The notes beneath the pieces were generated by a model. The model did not search any database and had not been told where the DNA came from. It worked only from the letters and a program-made list of their open reading frames with translations. A stretch of 64,000 nucleotides of DNA, taken from contig CBDATQ010000002.1 of the NCBI GenBank assembly GCA_965199955.1, forward strand, positions 1,184,001 to 1,248,000, in the 5' to 3' direction. The DNA comes from Spirochaetia bacterium. Its GTDB lineage: Bacteria; Spirochaetota; Spirochaetia; SZUA-6; Bin103. The stretch's first letter is position 1. Each line of letters starts with the position of its first letter. Below are positions 19,729 through 29,055 of the stretch, piece by piece. Position numbers and translations under genes: made by a program.

Positions 19729-20805
19729 CTACGGCAGCAGTGAGACGAACACGCGGTCGCCGGCGTTGAAGCGGGTTGCCGCGGCGGCATGGGCGGTGAC
19801 CTCCAGCGGCCCGCGCTCGCCGTTCAGCGCGATCGTGAGCTCCCGCACCTCGCCCAGGAAGCGCGCGGTGACCACCGTTCCGTGGCGGCTCGTGCCGTTT
19901 GCCGCCTTGGCCGACACGCACACCTGGCCGGGGCGGATCGATACCACCCGCTGCCCGCCGGCGTCGATGGGCTGCGCCGTGCCGACCGGCCCCAGGTCGG
20001 AGACCCAGCCGGTGCCGTTGCGGCGGACCCGGACCAGGTTGGTCTTGCCGAGCAGCGACGCGACGAAGCCGTTGGCCGGCGACCAGTAGAGCTCCTCCGG
20101 CGTGCCGGTCTGCTGCGGCTTGCCGCCGCGCAGCACCGCCACCCGGTCGGCGATGTTGAACGCCTCGTCGCGGTCGTGGGTCACGAAGATGGCCGTGGTG
20201 GTCCGCAGGGCAAGAATCGCGCGCAGCTCTTCGATGAGCTGCGCGCGCAGCGGCCCGTCCAGGTTGTTGAGCGGTTCGTCCAGCAGCAGCACGCGCGGCC
20301 GCGGGGCCAGCGCGCGGGCGATGGCGGCGCGTTGCGCCTGGCCGCCGGAGACCTGGTGCGGGAACCGGTGCTGGGCGTCGCCGACGCGGACCAGGTCCAT
20401 CACCTCGTCGATCCGCCGCGCCCGTGCCCGTTCCGGCAACCGGTGCAGGCCGAACCCGATGTTCTGCCGCAGCGTCAGGTGGGGCAGCAGCGCCGTGTCC
20501 TGGAAGACGACGCCGACGCTGCGCTCCTCCGGCGGCAGTGAGTGCCTGCCGTCGGCCGCCCGGGTCTCGCCGATGTCGATCGTCCCGGAGTCGGGCTCCT
20601 CGAAGCCGGCCACCAGGCGCAGCAGCGTGGTCTTGCCGCTGCCGCTCTCGCCCAGGACGGCGGTCGTGCCGCCTTCCTCCACGGTGAGGGAGACCCGGTC
20701 CAGAGCCGGCGCCGGGCTGCCCTTGAAGCGCTTGCTGACGGAGTCGAGTGTCAGGTCGCCGCCGGAGCGCGGCGGAGGGTTACGCCTGCGCCGGAGCCGG
20801 AGCAT
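19729..20805 (-). CDS. fbpC: Fe3+ ABC transporter ATP-binding protein
   Basis: GESGSGKTT, SGGQAQR, LLLDEP, C-terminal TOBE-like domain. Confidence 0.85.
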   Translation of the reverse strand: MLRLRRRRNPPPRSGGDLTLDSVSKRFKGSPAPALDRVSLTVEEGGTTAVLGESGSGKTTLLRLVAGFEEPDSGTIDIGETRAADGRHSLPPEERSVGVVFQDTALLPHLTLRQNIGFGLHRLPERARARRIDEVMDLVRVGDAQHRFPHQVSGGQAQRAAIARALAPRPRVLLLDEPLNNLDGPLRAQLIEELRAILALRTTTAIFVTHDRDEAFNIADRVAVLRGGKPQQTGTPEELYWSPANGFVASLLGKTNLVRVRRNGTGWVSDLGPVGTAQPIDAGGQRVVSIRPGQVCVSAKAANGTSRHGTVVTARFLGEVRELTIALNGERGPLEVTAHAAAATRFNAGDRVFVSLLP

Positions 20806-22540
20806 GGACGGGCGTCGAGCGCGACCGCCGAGGCGCGCGGCCGGTCGCAAGCAGGCGGTTGAGGATCAGGACCGGGCCGAGCCCGACGGCGATGATCACC
20901 AGCGCGTACGGGGAGGCTTCGATGATCTGTTCGTTGCCGGCCAGCCGAAACACGTTGGTGGCCAGCGTCTCCAGGCGGAACGGCCGCAGGATCAGCGTCA
21001 GCGGCAACTCCTTCAGCATCTCGACGACCATCAGGATCGACGCCGTCATCAGGGCGGGACGCAGGTTCGGCAACGCGACGTGCAGCAGGCCGCGTCCCGG
21101 CCGAAACCCCAGGGCGCGCCCCACTTCGTCGAAGCGCGCCGGAATGCGGGCGAAGCCCGAGTCGATCGCGTGGTACCCGAGGGCGAAGAAGCGCACCACG
21201 TAGGCGGCGACGAGCGCCAGCCCGGAGCCGGTCAGCAGCAGTCCCGGCGAGAAGCCGAGCATGGCACTCACGGCGTCGTTCAGCCGATGGTCGACCCAGG
21301 TGTAGGCGGTGGCGATGCCGACCGCCAGCACGGCCGCCGGCACCGCGTAGCCGGCCGTGGACCAGCGGGCCAGCGCCCCGACCAGCCGGTCCTTGCGGAT
21401 CCGCGCCGCGTACGCGACCAGCAGGGCGAGCGCCACGGTGGCGGCGGTCGCCGCCACCGCCAGGCCGATGCTGGTGCCGGTCAAGCGGACCAGATCCACG
21501 TCGAAGCCCGGCAGGCGGCCGGAGGCCCACCACAGGAGTTGCCCGACCGGCAGCCCGAATCCGGTGATCACCGGCAGGGAGCAGGCGGCCATGGCGCCCA
21601 GCGCCCGCGTGCCCAGCAGCCGCCGCCGGACCAGGGGGCGATCGTGCAGCGTCGCATCGCCGAACCGCGCCGAGCCCCGGCCGCGGTGCTCCAGCGCCTG
21701 GAGCACCGCGACGATGACGAGCATCAGCGCTCCCAGCGCCAGGGCGACCTTCACGCTGCCGAGGCCGAACCAGCCGCGGAAGATGCCGATCGTGAGCGTA
21801 TCGACGCCGAGATAGTGCGAGGCACCGAACTCGCCGAGCGTCTCCATCACCACCAGCATCACGCTGGCGACCAGCGCCGGCCGGGTTGCCGGCAGCACCG
21901 CGCGTGTAAACGCCTCGACGCCGGAGCTGCCGAGGCTGCGGGTCACCTCCAGCAGGGTCGCTCCCTGCTGGGCGAAGGCCGCGCGCGCGGTGAGATAGAC
22001 GTAGGGATAGAGCAGCGTGGCCAGCACGAACGCCAGCCCGCCGAAGCCCCGCACCCGCAGGATGGGGTAGGCGCCGGCCGGGATGTCCAGCACCTCCCGG
22101 AACAGGAGCTGGGCGGGTCCCGTGTAGTCGAAGATGCCGGCGTACGCCAGGGCTCCGATGTAGGTCGGGAGGGCCAGCGGCAGCACCAGCAGCCAGCCGA
22201 GCGCGCGGCGGCCGGGGAAGTCGTACACGGTTACCAGCCACGCGGCGGCCACGCCGACGATCGCGCACAGCCCGGCGACCAGGGCGACCAGGGCGATGGT
22301 GGTGCCGATGTAGCGGGGGAGGACGGTCCGGATCAGGTGGCCCATCTCCGCGGACAGGAACCCGTCCAGGTTCGCGATCACGACCAGGAGCGGCGCGCCG
22401 ATCAGGATGGCAACCGCGACCGGCGCCGCCAGCCAGCCGCGGGACACCGGGACTCGCGACCGGGAACCGCTCCGCGTCCGCTGCGTGGCGACACCGGTAC
22501 GGATGGTCCTCGGCAGCCGCGCCGTCAGCAGGTCAGCCAT
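20780..22540 (-). CDS. fbpB: Fe3+ ABC transporter permease
   Basis: LPLALPTYI, YPYVYL, GYAVPAAVLA, KELPLTLILRPF; two permease repeats. Confidence 0.88.
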   Translation of the reverse strand: MADLLTARLPRTIRTGVATQRTRSGSRSRVPVSRGWLAAPVAVAILIGAPLLVVIANLDGFLSAEMGHLIRTVLPRYIGTTIALVALVAGLCAIVGVAAAWLVTVYDFPGRRALGWLLVLPLALPTYIGALAYAGIFDYTGPAQLLFREVLDIPAGAYPILRVRGFGGLAFVLATLLYPYVYLTARAAFAQQGATLLEVTRSLGSSGVEAFTRAVLPATRPALVASVMLVVMETLGEFGASHYLGVDTLTIGIFRGWFGLGSVKVALALGALMLVIVAVLQALEHRGRGSARFGDATLHDRPLVRRRLLGTRALGAMAACSLPVITGFGLPVGQLLWWASGRLPGFDVDLVRLTGTSIGLAVAATAATVALALLVAYAARIRKDRLVGALARWSTAGYAVPAAVLAVGIATAYTWVDHRLNDAVSAMLGFSPGLLLTGSGLALVAAYVVRFFALGYHAIDSGFARIPARFDEVGRALGFRPGRGLLHVALPNLRPALMTASILMVVEMLKELPLTLILRPFRLETLATNVFRLAGNEQIIEASPYALVIIAVGLGPVLILNRLLATGRAPRRSRSTPVHAPAPAQA

Positions 22541-22686
22541 TCCGTGTCTCAACCGGTACCATATAAATCAAGCTGCGTTAAGTCCATATAGACGGATTGA
22601 GCGAAGAGCGCAAGGGCGTGGGACGGATGAGGGACCGCGCGGGCCGGCGCAGCGGTGCCGCCGCGTCGGGACCGCGCGGGTGGGGC

Positions 22687-22723
22687 CCATGCGGCCGGCG
22701 CTCAACAGGCACCGGCCGCATGG
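22687..22723. other. Intercistronic stem-loop after fbpA
   Basis: Perfect 12-bp inverted repeat ccatgcggccgg/ccggccgcatgg; probable mRNA-stabilising or partial-termination element. Confidence 0.55.
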
Positions 22724-22730
22724 CCGGCCG

Positions 22731-23753
22731 CTATCGCCAGCCGGCGTGGTCGAACACGCGCACCGCGTCGGCGTTGAGCTCGCCCAGCCGGTGCAGCGGC
22801 AGGTCGTCGGCCGTGAAATCGCCCCACGACTGGAGCAGCGGCGACGGGCTGACCGCCGGGTTGACCGGGTACTCGTGGTTGGCAGCGGAGAACAGCTCCT
22901 GCGCCTCGGCCCCGGTCAAGAACTCCAGCAGCTTGACGGCGTTGTCGAGGTTCCCGGCGCTCTTGGTGACCCCCGCGCCGCTGACGTTGACGTGGGCGCC
23001 GCGATCATCCTGGTTCGGAAAGAAGACCCGCACCTGCGCGCCGACCTCGCGCTCGTACTCGTCCCCGGAGTTGATCAGCAGACCGACGTAGTAGGTGTTG
23101 ACGACCGCCAGGTCGCCCTCGCCAGCGGCGACCGCCTTCATCTGGTCGCGGTCGTTGCCCTGCGGGGTGCGCGCCATGTTGGCGACCATGCCGGCGGCCC
23201 ACGCGGCGGCCTCGGCCTCGCCTTCATTGGCGATGATCGAAGCCAGCAGCGACTGGTTGTAGATGTTCGACGACGACCGGATCAGGATGCGCCCCGCCCA
23301 CATGGGGTGGGTGAGGTCGGCGTACGTGGACAGCTCGTCCGGCGACACGCGGTCCGGGTGGTAGACGATCACGCGGGCGCGCTGCGTGAGGCCGAACCAG
23401 TGGCCCTCGGGGTCGCGCAGGTGGGGCGGCACGTTCGCGTCCAGCAGCGCCGACGTCACGGGCTGCAGCAGGCCCATCGACTGGGCGCGCACCAGGCGGC
23501 CAGCGTCGACGGTCATCAGGATGTCCGCCCGCGATGCCGAGCCTTCGCGGGACAGCCGTTCGATGAGCTCGTCAGCCTTGCCCTGAATGACGTTGACCTC
23601 GATCCCGGTCTGCTCCTCGAAGCGGTCGTAGAGCGCCTGATCGGTGTCGTAGTGACGGTGCGAGTAGACGTTGACCTCACCGTCGGCGAGCGCCGTGCCG
23701 CCGGCCGCCAGGACGAAGGCGAGCGACACCAGCAAAAGGAATGTGCGTCTCAT
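22731..23753 (-). CDS. fbpA: Fe3+ ABC transporter substrate-binding protein (FbpA/FutA)
   Basis: Signal peptide, VNVYSHRHY, YNQSL, NTYY iron ligands, HVNVSG, NHEYP; AGGAGG RBS. Confidence 0.92.
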   Translation of the reverse strand: MRRTFLLLVSLAFVLAAGGTALADGEVNVYSHRHYDTDQALYDRFEEQTGIEVNVIQGKADELIERLSREGSASRADILMTVDAGRLVRAQSMGLLQPVTSALLDANVPPHLRDPEGHWFGLTQRARVIVYHPDRVSPDELSTYADLTHPMWAGRILIRSSSNIYNQSLLASIIANEGEAEAAAWAAGMVANMARTPQGNDRDQMKAVAAGEGDLAVVNTYYVGLLINSGDEYEREVGAQVRVFFPNQDDRGAHVNVSGAGVTKSAGNLDNAVKLLEFLTGAEAQELFSAANHEYPVNPAVSPSPLLQSWGDFTADDLPLHRLGELNADAVRVFDHAGWR

Positions 23754-23789
23754 GCAGAGACCTCCTGTGAAGAATGTGATCGGGGGTAG

Positions 23790-23855
23790 TGAAGTAAGTT
23801 GAATTAGTCTTGTCAAGTGTCATTAAGATATGTGAATATGAATTAATCTAATCGA
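23790..23855. promoter_or_regulatory. AT-rich divergent promoter with repeated operator-like motif
   Basis: TTGACA on minus strand (23811-23816); TGAATTA(G/A)TCT at 23800 and 23839. Confidence 0.6.
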
Positions 23856-23871
23856 GCCGAGGGAGGGGATC

Positions 23872-24168
23872 ATGGGCGAGATCGACGGGCGGCCGCATGC
23901 CGGGCAATCGGACATGGATCAGGCAGACATGGGCCAGGACGCGGGGCACGCCGTCCCCTGCGGATGCGTGCGGGCGCTGCGGGCGGGGCCGGAAGCGGCT
24001 CTGCCGTGCGCGTGCGTCCGGGGCAATCGGGACCGGCACTCTTCGAGTGCGATTCGCTCCGCTCATTCTTCGAGTGCGGTTCGCTCCGATCACTCTTCGC
24101 GCGCGACTGGCGCGGGCGTTCCCATGAGCGATAATGGATTGGGGGGCGAACGAGGTGAGTCGAGCTGA
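23872..24168 (+). CDS. Small Cys/His-repeat hypothetical protein
   Basis: GGGAGGGG RBS; PCGCVR/PCACVR and three HSS repeats. Confidence 0.4.
   Translation: MGEIDGRPHAGQSDMDQADMGQDAGHAVPCGCVRALRAGPEAALPCACVRGNRDRHSSSAIRSAHSSSAVRSDHSSRATGAGVPMSDNGLGGERGESS
24037..24099. repeat. 27-bp tandem repeat, about 2.3 copies
   Basis: ca(c/t)tcttcgagtgcg(a/g)ttcgctccg at 24037, 24064, partial at 24091. Confidence 0.8.
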
Positions 24169-24958
24169 CGGACACGGGGGCGGTGGCGGCGGGCCGCCGA
24201 TCGCCGGCAATCCCGCGTCATTCCCGTCCGACGCGGAGCTGGCGCGCACGCTGGCCATAACCCGCGATCGCGCGACCGTATGCACGCTGACCGCGGACGG
24301 CTACCCCTACGGGAGCGCCGTCTCCTACGTTGCGGACGATGCCGGTGCGCCCGTCGTGCTGATCTCGGAGATGGCCCAGCACACGGTCAACGCACGCGGC
24401 GACGATCGCGCCAGCGTGCTCATCACGGCCGCGACTCAGGAGCACGCGGATCCGCTCAGCACCGCACGCCTGACGCTGGTCGGCCGGCTGCGACCGCTGG
24501 AGCACCCGGGGAAGCGGCGGGACGCCTACCTGGAGCGCCATCCCTACGCGTCCTACTACGCGGATTTCAGCGACTTCGGTTTCTGGCTCCTCGACGTCGA
24601 GCGTTGCCGCTTCGTGGGCGGCTTCGGTCACATGAGCTGGGTCACGGCCGACGACTACCGGAGCGCCACGGTCGATCCGCTGGCGGAGGCGGCGGACGGG
24701 ATCGTCGCTCACATGAACGAGGACCACGCCGACGCCAACCTGCTCTACGTGCAGGCGCTGGCCGGGCTTGCGGATGCCACGGAAGCGTCGCTTACCCGCA
24801 TCGACCGCTACGGGATGACGCTGCGCGCGCGGACGCCGGCAGGGCCCCGCCTGGCGCGCGTCGCCTTTCCCGAGGCGCTCCGCCGGGCCGATCAGGCGCG
24901 CCCGGCGGTGATCGAGCGGCTGGACGCGGCCCGGCAGGCCGCCAGCCGGCCGCGCTGA
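24134..24958 (+). CDS. HugZ-like split-barrel heme-binding protein with DUF2470 (start may be GTG 24155)
   Basis: GYPYGS, LISEMAQHTVN, RLTLVG, FSDF, RFVGGFG, IVAHMNEDHAD, IDRYG. Confidence 0.82.
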   Translation: MDWGANEVSRADGHGGGGGGPPIAGNPASFPSDAELARTLAITRDRATVCTLTADGYPYGSAVSYVADDAGAPVVLISEMAQHTVNARGDDRASVLITAATQEHADPLSTARLTLVGRLRPLEHPGKRRDAYLERHPYASYYADFSDFGFWLLDVERCRFVGGFGHMSWVTADDYRSATVDPLAEAADGIVAHMNEDHADANLLYVQALAGLADATEASLTRIDRYGMTLRARTPAGPRLARVAFPEALRRADQARPAVIERLDAARQAASRPR

Positions 24959-24965
24959 ACCGGCT

Positions 24966-25359
24966 TCACGGGCCGGAGGCTGCAAACCGGTAGGCGAACA
25001 GGGTCGCGCAGGTGATCCGGAAGTTCAGCCGCACGCGGCGTCCTGCCAGGGCGCCGAGGTCGCGTCCGCCCCAGGTCACCGGCACGTCCACGCCCGAGCC
25101 GCTCCCAGCGCAGCCCGTCGTCGGACTCGGCGTAGCACAGGCCGGCCGACGGCACATCCGCAAGGTAGGCGCCCATGTACCACATGCGGTACCTTCCGCC
25201 GACGCGGTAGATCGACCCCCAGACCGACACCGAGTTGCTCTCCCAGGGCCGCTCGGGGCGCAGCACTGTCCGGGGTGACTCGCTGCGGCCGCTCGATCAG
25301 GCGCGTCGGCCCGGCACCTCGGCATCGTCCACGAGCAGATGCAGGTGCGGGTCGTGCAT
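24966..25359 (-). pseudogene. Beta-propeller glycoside-hydrolase-like protein with large internal deletion
   Basis: PERPWE...YRMWY...LCYAESDDGLRWE joined out of frame to C-terminal VTWGGRDLGALAGRRVRLNF...LFAYRF; in-frame stop near the start. Confidence 0.65.
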
Positions 25360-25466
25360 GTACGGACGAGCCTATAGAGGGCGGCAGGGTCAGGGAAGCC
25401 GCCTGTGCAGCCCCTTGGCCGTCCGGCGCATTTCGCGGTAGACCTATCGGAAAGGAGGACGAACCT

Positions 25467-25634
25467 ATGGCCGCTGCCTGCCCCGTGTGTGAAGCCGACG
25501 TGCCGCTGGAGGACGACGTCGTCATGGGAGAGTTGATCGAGTGCCCGGAGTGCGGATCGGAGCTGGAAGTGGTCTCCCTCGATCCGCTGGAGCTGGACGA
25601 GGCGCCCGAGGAAGAGGAGGACTGGGGCGAGTGA
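25467..25634 (+). CDS. lysW: Amino-group carrier protein LysW
   Basis: 55 aa, CPVC/CPEC zinc knuckle, acidic tail ending EDWGE; AAGGAGG RBS. Confidence 0.96.
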   Translation: MAAACPVCEADVPLEDDVVMGELIECPECGSELEVVSLDPLELDEAPEEEEDWGE

Positions 25635-26509
25635 GCGAAGCGAACCACACTCGAGGAGTGACAGTTGGTGTCCTGCACTCCCTGGTGCGCAAGGAGGAGA
25701 AGCTCCTGCTCGCCGCGTTCCGCGACCGCGGCGTGGAGGTGACGCTGATCGACGACCGCAAGCTGGTGTTCGACCTGCAGCGCCGGCCGGAGGTCGACGT
25801 GGTCCTGGAGCGCTGCATCAACCACTCGCGCGCGCTGCACGCCCTGCGCCTGCTGGAGAGCCTCGGCATCCGCTGCGTGAACAGCTACCAGGTCGCCGAA
25901 GTGTGTGGCGACAAGATCCTCACCGCCGTCGCGCTGCAGGAGCACGGCGTGCCGCAGCCGGAGGTGCGGGTTGCCTTTACCGACGAGTCCGCGCTGCAGG
26001 CGATCGAGGAGATCGGCTACCCGGTGGTGCTGAAACCGGCGGTCGGCTCCTGGGGGCGCCTGATCGCCAAGGTGAACGACCGCGAGGCGGCCGAATCGAT
26101 CCTGGAGCACAAGCGCATCCTGGGCTCCTATCACCACTCGATCTTCTTCGTGCAGAAATACATCGACAAGCCCGGCCGCGACATCCGCTGCTTCGTGATC
26201 GGCGACCGGTGCATCGCGGCAATCTACCGTTCTTCCGCGCACTGGAAGACCAATACCGCGCTGGGCGGCACCGCCGAGGGTGCGCCGGTCACGGCGGAGC
26301 TGAGCGAGCTGGCCCTGAACGCGGCGCGGGCCGTGGGCGGCGGGATGGTCGGCGTCGACATCCTGGAGAGCGACGACGGCCTGCTCGTGAACGAGGTCAA
26401 CTACACGATGGAGTTCAGCAACAGCATCCACACGACCGGAGTCGACATCCCGGCTCACATCGTCGACTACACCATCAGCCGAGCGCCCCAAAGCCAAGCG
26501 AACCGGTGA
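25631..26509 (+). CDS. lysX: Alpha-aminoadipate--LysW ligase (ATP-grasp)
   Basis: [33 protein letters not shown] (LysX-type rather than ArgX GF). Confidence 0.93.
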   Translation: MSEANHTRGVTVGVLHSLVRKEEKLLLAAFRDRGVEVTLIDDRKLVFDLQRRPEVDVVLERCINHSRALHALRLLESLGIRCVNSYQVAEVCGDKILTAVALQEHGVPQPEVRVAFTDESALQAIEEIGYPVVLKPAVGSWGRLIAKVNDREAAESILEHKRILGSYHHSIFFVQKYIDKPGRDIRCFVIGDRCIAAIYRSSAHWKTNTALGGTAEGAPVTAELSELALNAARAVGGGMVGVDILESDDGLLVNEVNYTMEFSNSIHTTGVDIPAHIVDYTISRAPQSQANR

Positions 26510-27534
26510 TCCGCGCTTCAATCGTCGGCGCCTCCGGCTACACCGGTGGCGAGCTGCTGCGGCTGCTGCTGTTCCACCCCGAGGTGTCGGTGGAGCAGGC
26601 CACCTCCGAGCGGCTTGCGGGAAAATACGTCCGCCACACCCATCCCAACCTGCGCGGCGTCACCGATCTGAAGTTCGTGTCGGCCGGCGAGCTCGCCCCG
26701 TGCGACGTGCTGTTCCTGTGCCTCCCGCACGGGCGGGCGATGGACCGGATCGACCGGTTCCGCGGGCTGTCCGAGCGCATTGTCGATCTCAGCGCGGACT
26801 TCCGCCTGCGCGACCCGCAGGCCTACGTCCGCTGGTACGGCGGTCCGCACCCGCGGCCGGAACTGCTGGCCGACGCGGTGTACGGAATGCCGGAGTTGCA
26901 CCGTGACCGCCTGCCGGGTGCGACGCTGGTGGCCGGCTGCGGCTGCAACGCGACGGCGACCATCCTGGCGCTGCGGCCGCTGGTGGCGGCGGGGGTGGTC
27001 GAGCACGCCGTCGTGGAGGTGAAGGCCGGCTCCAGCGAGGGCGGCAACGAGGCGAGCGCCGCAAGCCACCATCCCGAGCGGTCCGGCAGCGTGCGTTCCT
27101 ACAAGCCGACCGGCCACCGGCACCAGGCCGAGATGCTGCAGGAGCTCGGCGGCCGGCTGCTCCTGAGCTTCTCGGCGACCGCGGTGGAGATGGTGCGCGG
27201 CATCCTGGCCACTGCGCACGTGTTTCTCGCCGAAGACATGGACGAGAAGGCGGTCTGGCGGATCTTCCGCCGCGCTTACGCGGACGAGCCGTTCGTCCGC
27301 ATCGTCAAGGAGCGCCAGGGCATCTACCGGTTTCCGGAGCCCAAAATCCTCGCCGGCAGCAACTACTGCGACGTCGGCTTCGAGCTCGACGCCGGCGCCC
27401 GCCGGCTGGTGGTGATGAGCGCGCTGGACAACCTGATGAAGGGCGCCGCCGGCCAGGCGGTGCAGGCGTTCAACGTCATGCACGGGCTGGACGAGCGCGC
27501 CGGGCTGGAGTTTCCCGGCCTGCACCCCGTCTGA
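26506..27534 (+). CDS. lysY: LysW-gamma-aminoadipyl-phosphate reductase (ArgC-like)
   Basis: [39 protein letters not shown]. Confidence 0.93.
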   Translation: MIRASIVGASGYTGGELLRLLLFHPEVSVEQATSERLAGKYVRHTHPNLRGVTDLKFVSAGELAPCDVLFLCLPHGRAMDRIDRFRGLSERIVDLSADFRLRDPQAYVRWYGGPHPRPELLADAVYGMPELHRDRLPGATLVAGCGCNATATILALRPLVAAGVVEHAVVEVKAGSSEGGNEASAASHHPERSGSVRSYKPTGHRHQAEMLQELGGRLLLSFSATAVEMVRGILATAHVFLAEDMDEKAVWRIFRRAYADEPFVRIVKERQGIYRFPEPKILAGSNYCDVGFELDAGARRLVVMSALDNLMKGAAGQAVQAFNVMHGLDERAGLEFPGLHPV

Positions 27535-27552
27535 GCGGCCGAGTGCCCGCCC

Positions 27553-28260
27553 GTGTGCCGCCTGCTCGCGGTCTCGTCCCCGCAGCCGTTCGACCTGCAG
27601 CGCTACCTGGAGCCCTTCGCGGAGATCGCCCGCACCAGCAGCGAGTACCAGGGACACGGCTGGGGCTGCGGCTGGATGACCCCGGGCGGATGGCGGCTCT
27701 ACCATGACATCGCGCCGGTCTGGGAGGACCCGTCACCGCCGCGCGGGCGCACGCGGCTGTTCGTCGCGCACGCGCGCAGCGCGTTCCGGGACGAAGGGAT
27801 CGAGGTGCGCAACAACATGCCGTTCACCGACGGGCGCTCGCTGTTCCTGTTCAACGGGGAGTTGCGCGGCGTGCGGATGAAGGAGGAGGGCCGCATCGGC
27901 GCCGAGAAGGTGTTCAACTTCATCCGCCGCTTCGACCGCGGCGACATGGCGGAGGCGATGCGCAAGGGGCTGGCGATCATCGAGCGGCGCACCCGGTTCG
28001 TCCGCGCGATGAACATCATCATCGCCGACGCCGACGCCATCCGGGTGACCAACCGCTTCAACGACTCGCCCGACTACTTCCAGATGCATGTTTCGGCATA
28101 CCCGGAGCGGCTGATACTCTGTTCCGACCCGTTGCCCGCGAGCGGCGTATCCGGCGCTTCCGGGGTGGACGAGTGGCAGCCGCTCGCCACCGGCGAGGTG
28201 CACACCTACCGGACCGACCGGGCCTGGACCGACCGGCCGGACCAACAAGGCAGGACCTGA
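27553..28260 (+). CDS. Class II glutamine amidotransferase-like Ntn hydrolase (EgtC/Dug3/YafJ family)
   Basis: MCRLL (Cys2 nucleophile), GHGWG, AHARSA, NNMPF, FNG, CSDPL. Confidence 0.88.
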   Translation: MCRLLAVSSPQPFDLQRYLEPFAEIARTSSEYQGHGWGCGWMTPGGWRLYHDIAPVWEDPSPPRGRTRLFVAHARSAFRDEGIEVRNNMPFTDGRSLFLFNGELRGVRMKEEGRIGAEKVFNFIRRFDRGDMAEAMRKGLAIIERRTRFVRAMNIIIADADAIRVTNRFNDSPDYFQMHVSAYPERLILCSDPLPASGVSGASGVDEWQPLATGEVHTYRTDRAWTDRPDQQGRT

Positions 28261-29055
28261 ACGCTGAATATCATCAAAGTGGGCGGCGGCAGCGCCATCA
28301 ACCTGCCGGGAATCGCGGCCGACCTGGCAGAGCTGGCCGAGCCGGCGGTGGTCGTGCACGGCGCCAACGCGCTGCGCGACGAGCTGGCCGAGCGTCTGGG
28401 CGCACCGAAACGGGTGCTGACCTCGGTGTCCGGCTACTCCAGCGTGTACTCCGACGACCGCGCGCTGGACATGATCATGCTGGCCTACGCGGGGTTGCGG
28501 AACACGCAGCTCGTGGAACTCTGCCAGAGGGCCGGGGTCAACGCGATCGGCTTGACCGGCCTGGACGGCCGCCTGATACGCGGCCGGCGCAACAAGGGCA
28601 TCCGCGTGCGGCGCGAAGGCCGCACGGTGATCGAGCGCGACCGTTCCGGCAAGCCGGCCGGCGTCAACGGCGCGCTGCTGCGCACCCTGCTCGACGGCGG
28701 CTACACGCCGGTGGTGAGCATCCCCATCGCCGACCAGGACGGCATCGCCATCAACTCCGAAAACGACGATATCGTCGTGGCGCTGCATGCCGAGCTGCGG
28801 GCGCGGCGGGTGATCCAGCTCATCGAAGCGCCGGGGTTCCTGGAGCACGCCGGTGACGAGTCGTCGGCGCTGCGCGAGGTGGACGCCGCGGCGCTCGACC
28901 GGTTCGAAGCGCAGGCCGACGGGCGCATCAAGCGCAAGCTGCGCGCGCTCAAGGACTTGATTGCCCAAGGCGAAGTTGAGGTCATACTGTGCGACGGACG
29001 CACCGAACACCCGGTGCGTGACGGCCTTGCGGGGCATGGAACCAGGATCGGATGA
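28261..29055 (+). CDS. lysZ: LysW-gamma-aminoadipate kinase (non-canonical start)
   Basis: IIKVGGG, VVHGAN, SVSGYSSVYSD, GLTGLDG, DRSGKP. Confidence 0.88.
   Translation, partial: TLNIIKVGGGSAINLPGIAADLAELAEPAVVVHGANALRDELAERLGAPKRVLTSVSGYSSVYSDDRALDMIMLAYAGLRNTQLVELCQRAGVNAIGLTGLDGRLIRGRRNKGIRVRREGRTVIERDRSGKPAGVNGALLRTLLDGGYTPVVSIPIADQDGIAINSENDDIVVALHAELRARRVIQLIEAPGFLEHAGDESSALREVDAAALDRFEAQADGRIKRKLRALKDLIAQGEVEVILCDGRTEHPVRDGLAGHGTRIG

Noticed and set aside
24037..24099. Hairpin-forming 27-bp repeats as a CRISPR array
   Set aside because: Units are contiguous with no unique spacers, and there are no cas genes.
25361..25440. Lysine riboswitch or SRP RNA upstream of lysW
   Set aside because: A hairpin (ggcggc/gccgcc) and AGAGG are present, but the region is too short and lacks the conserved cores.
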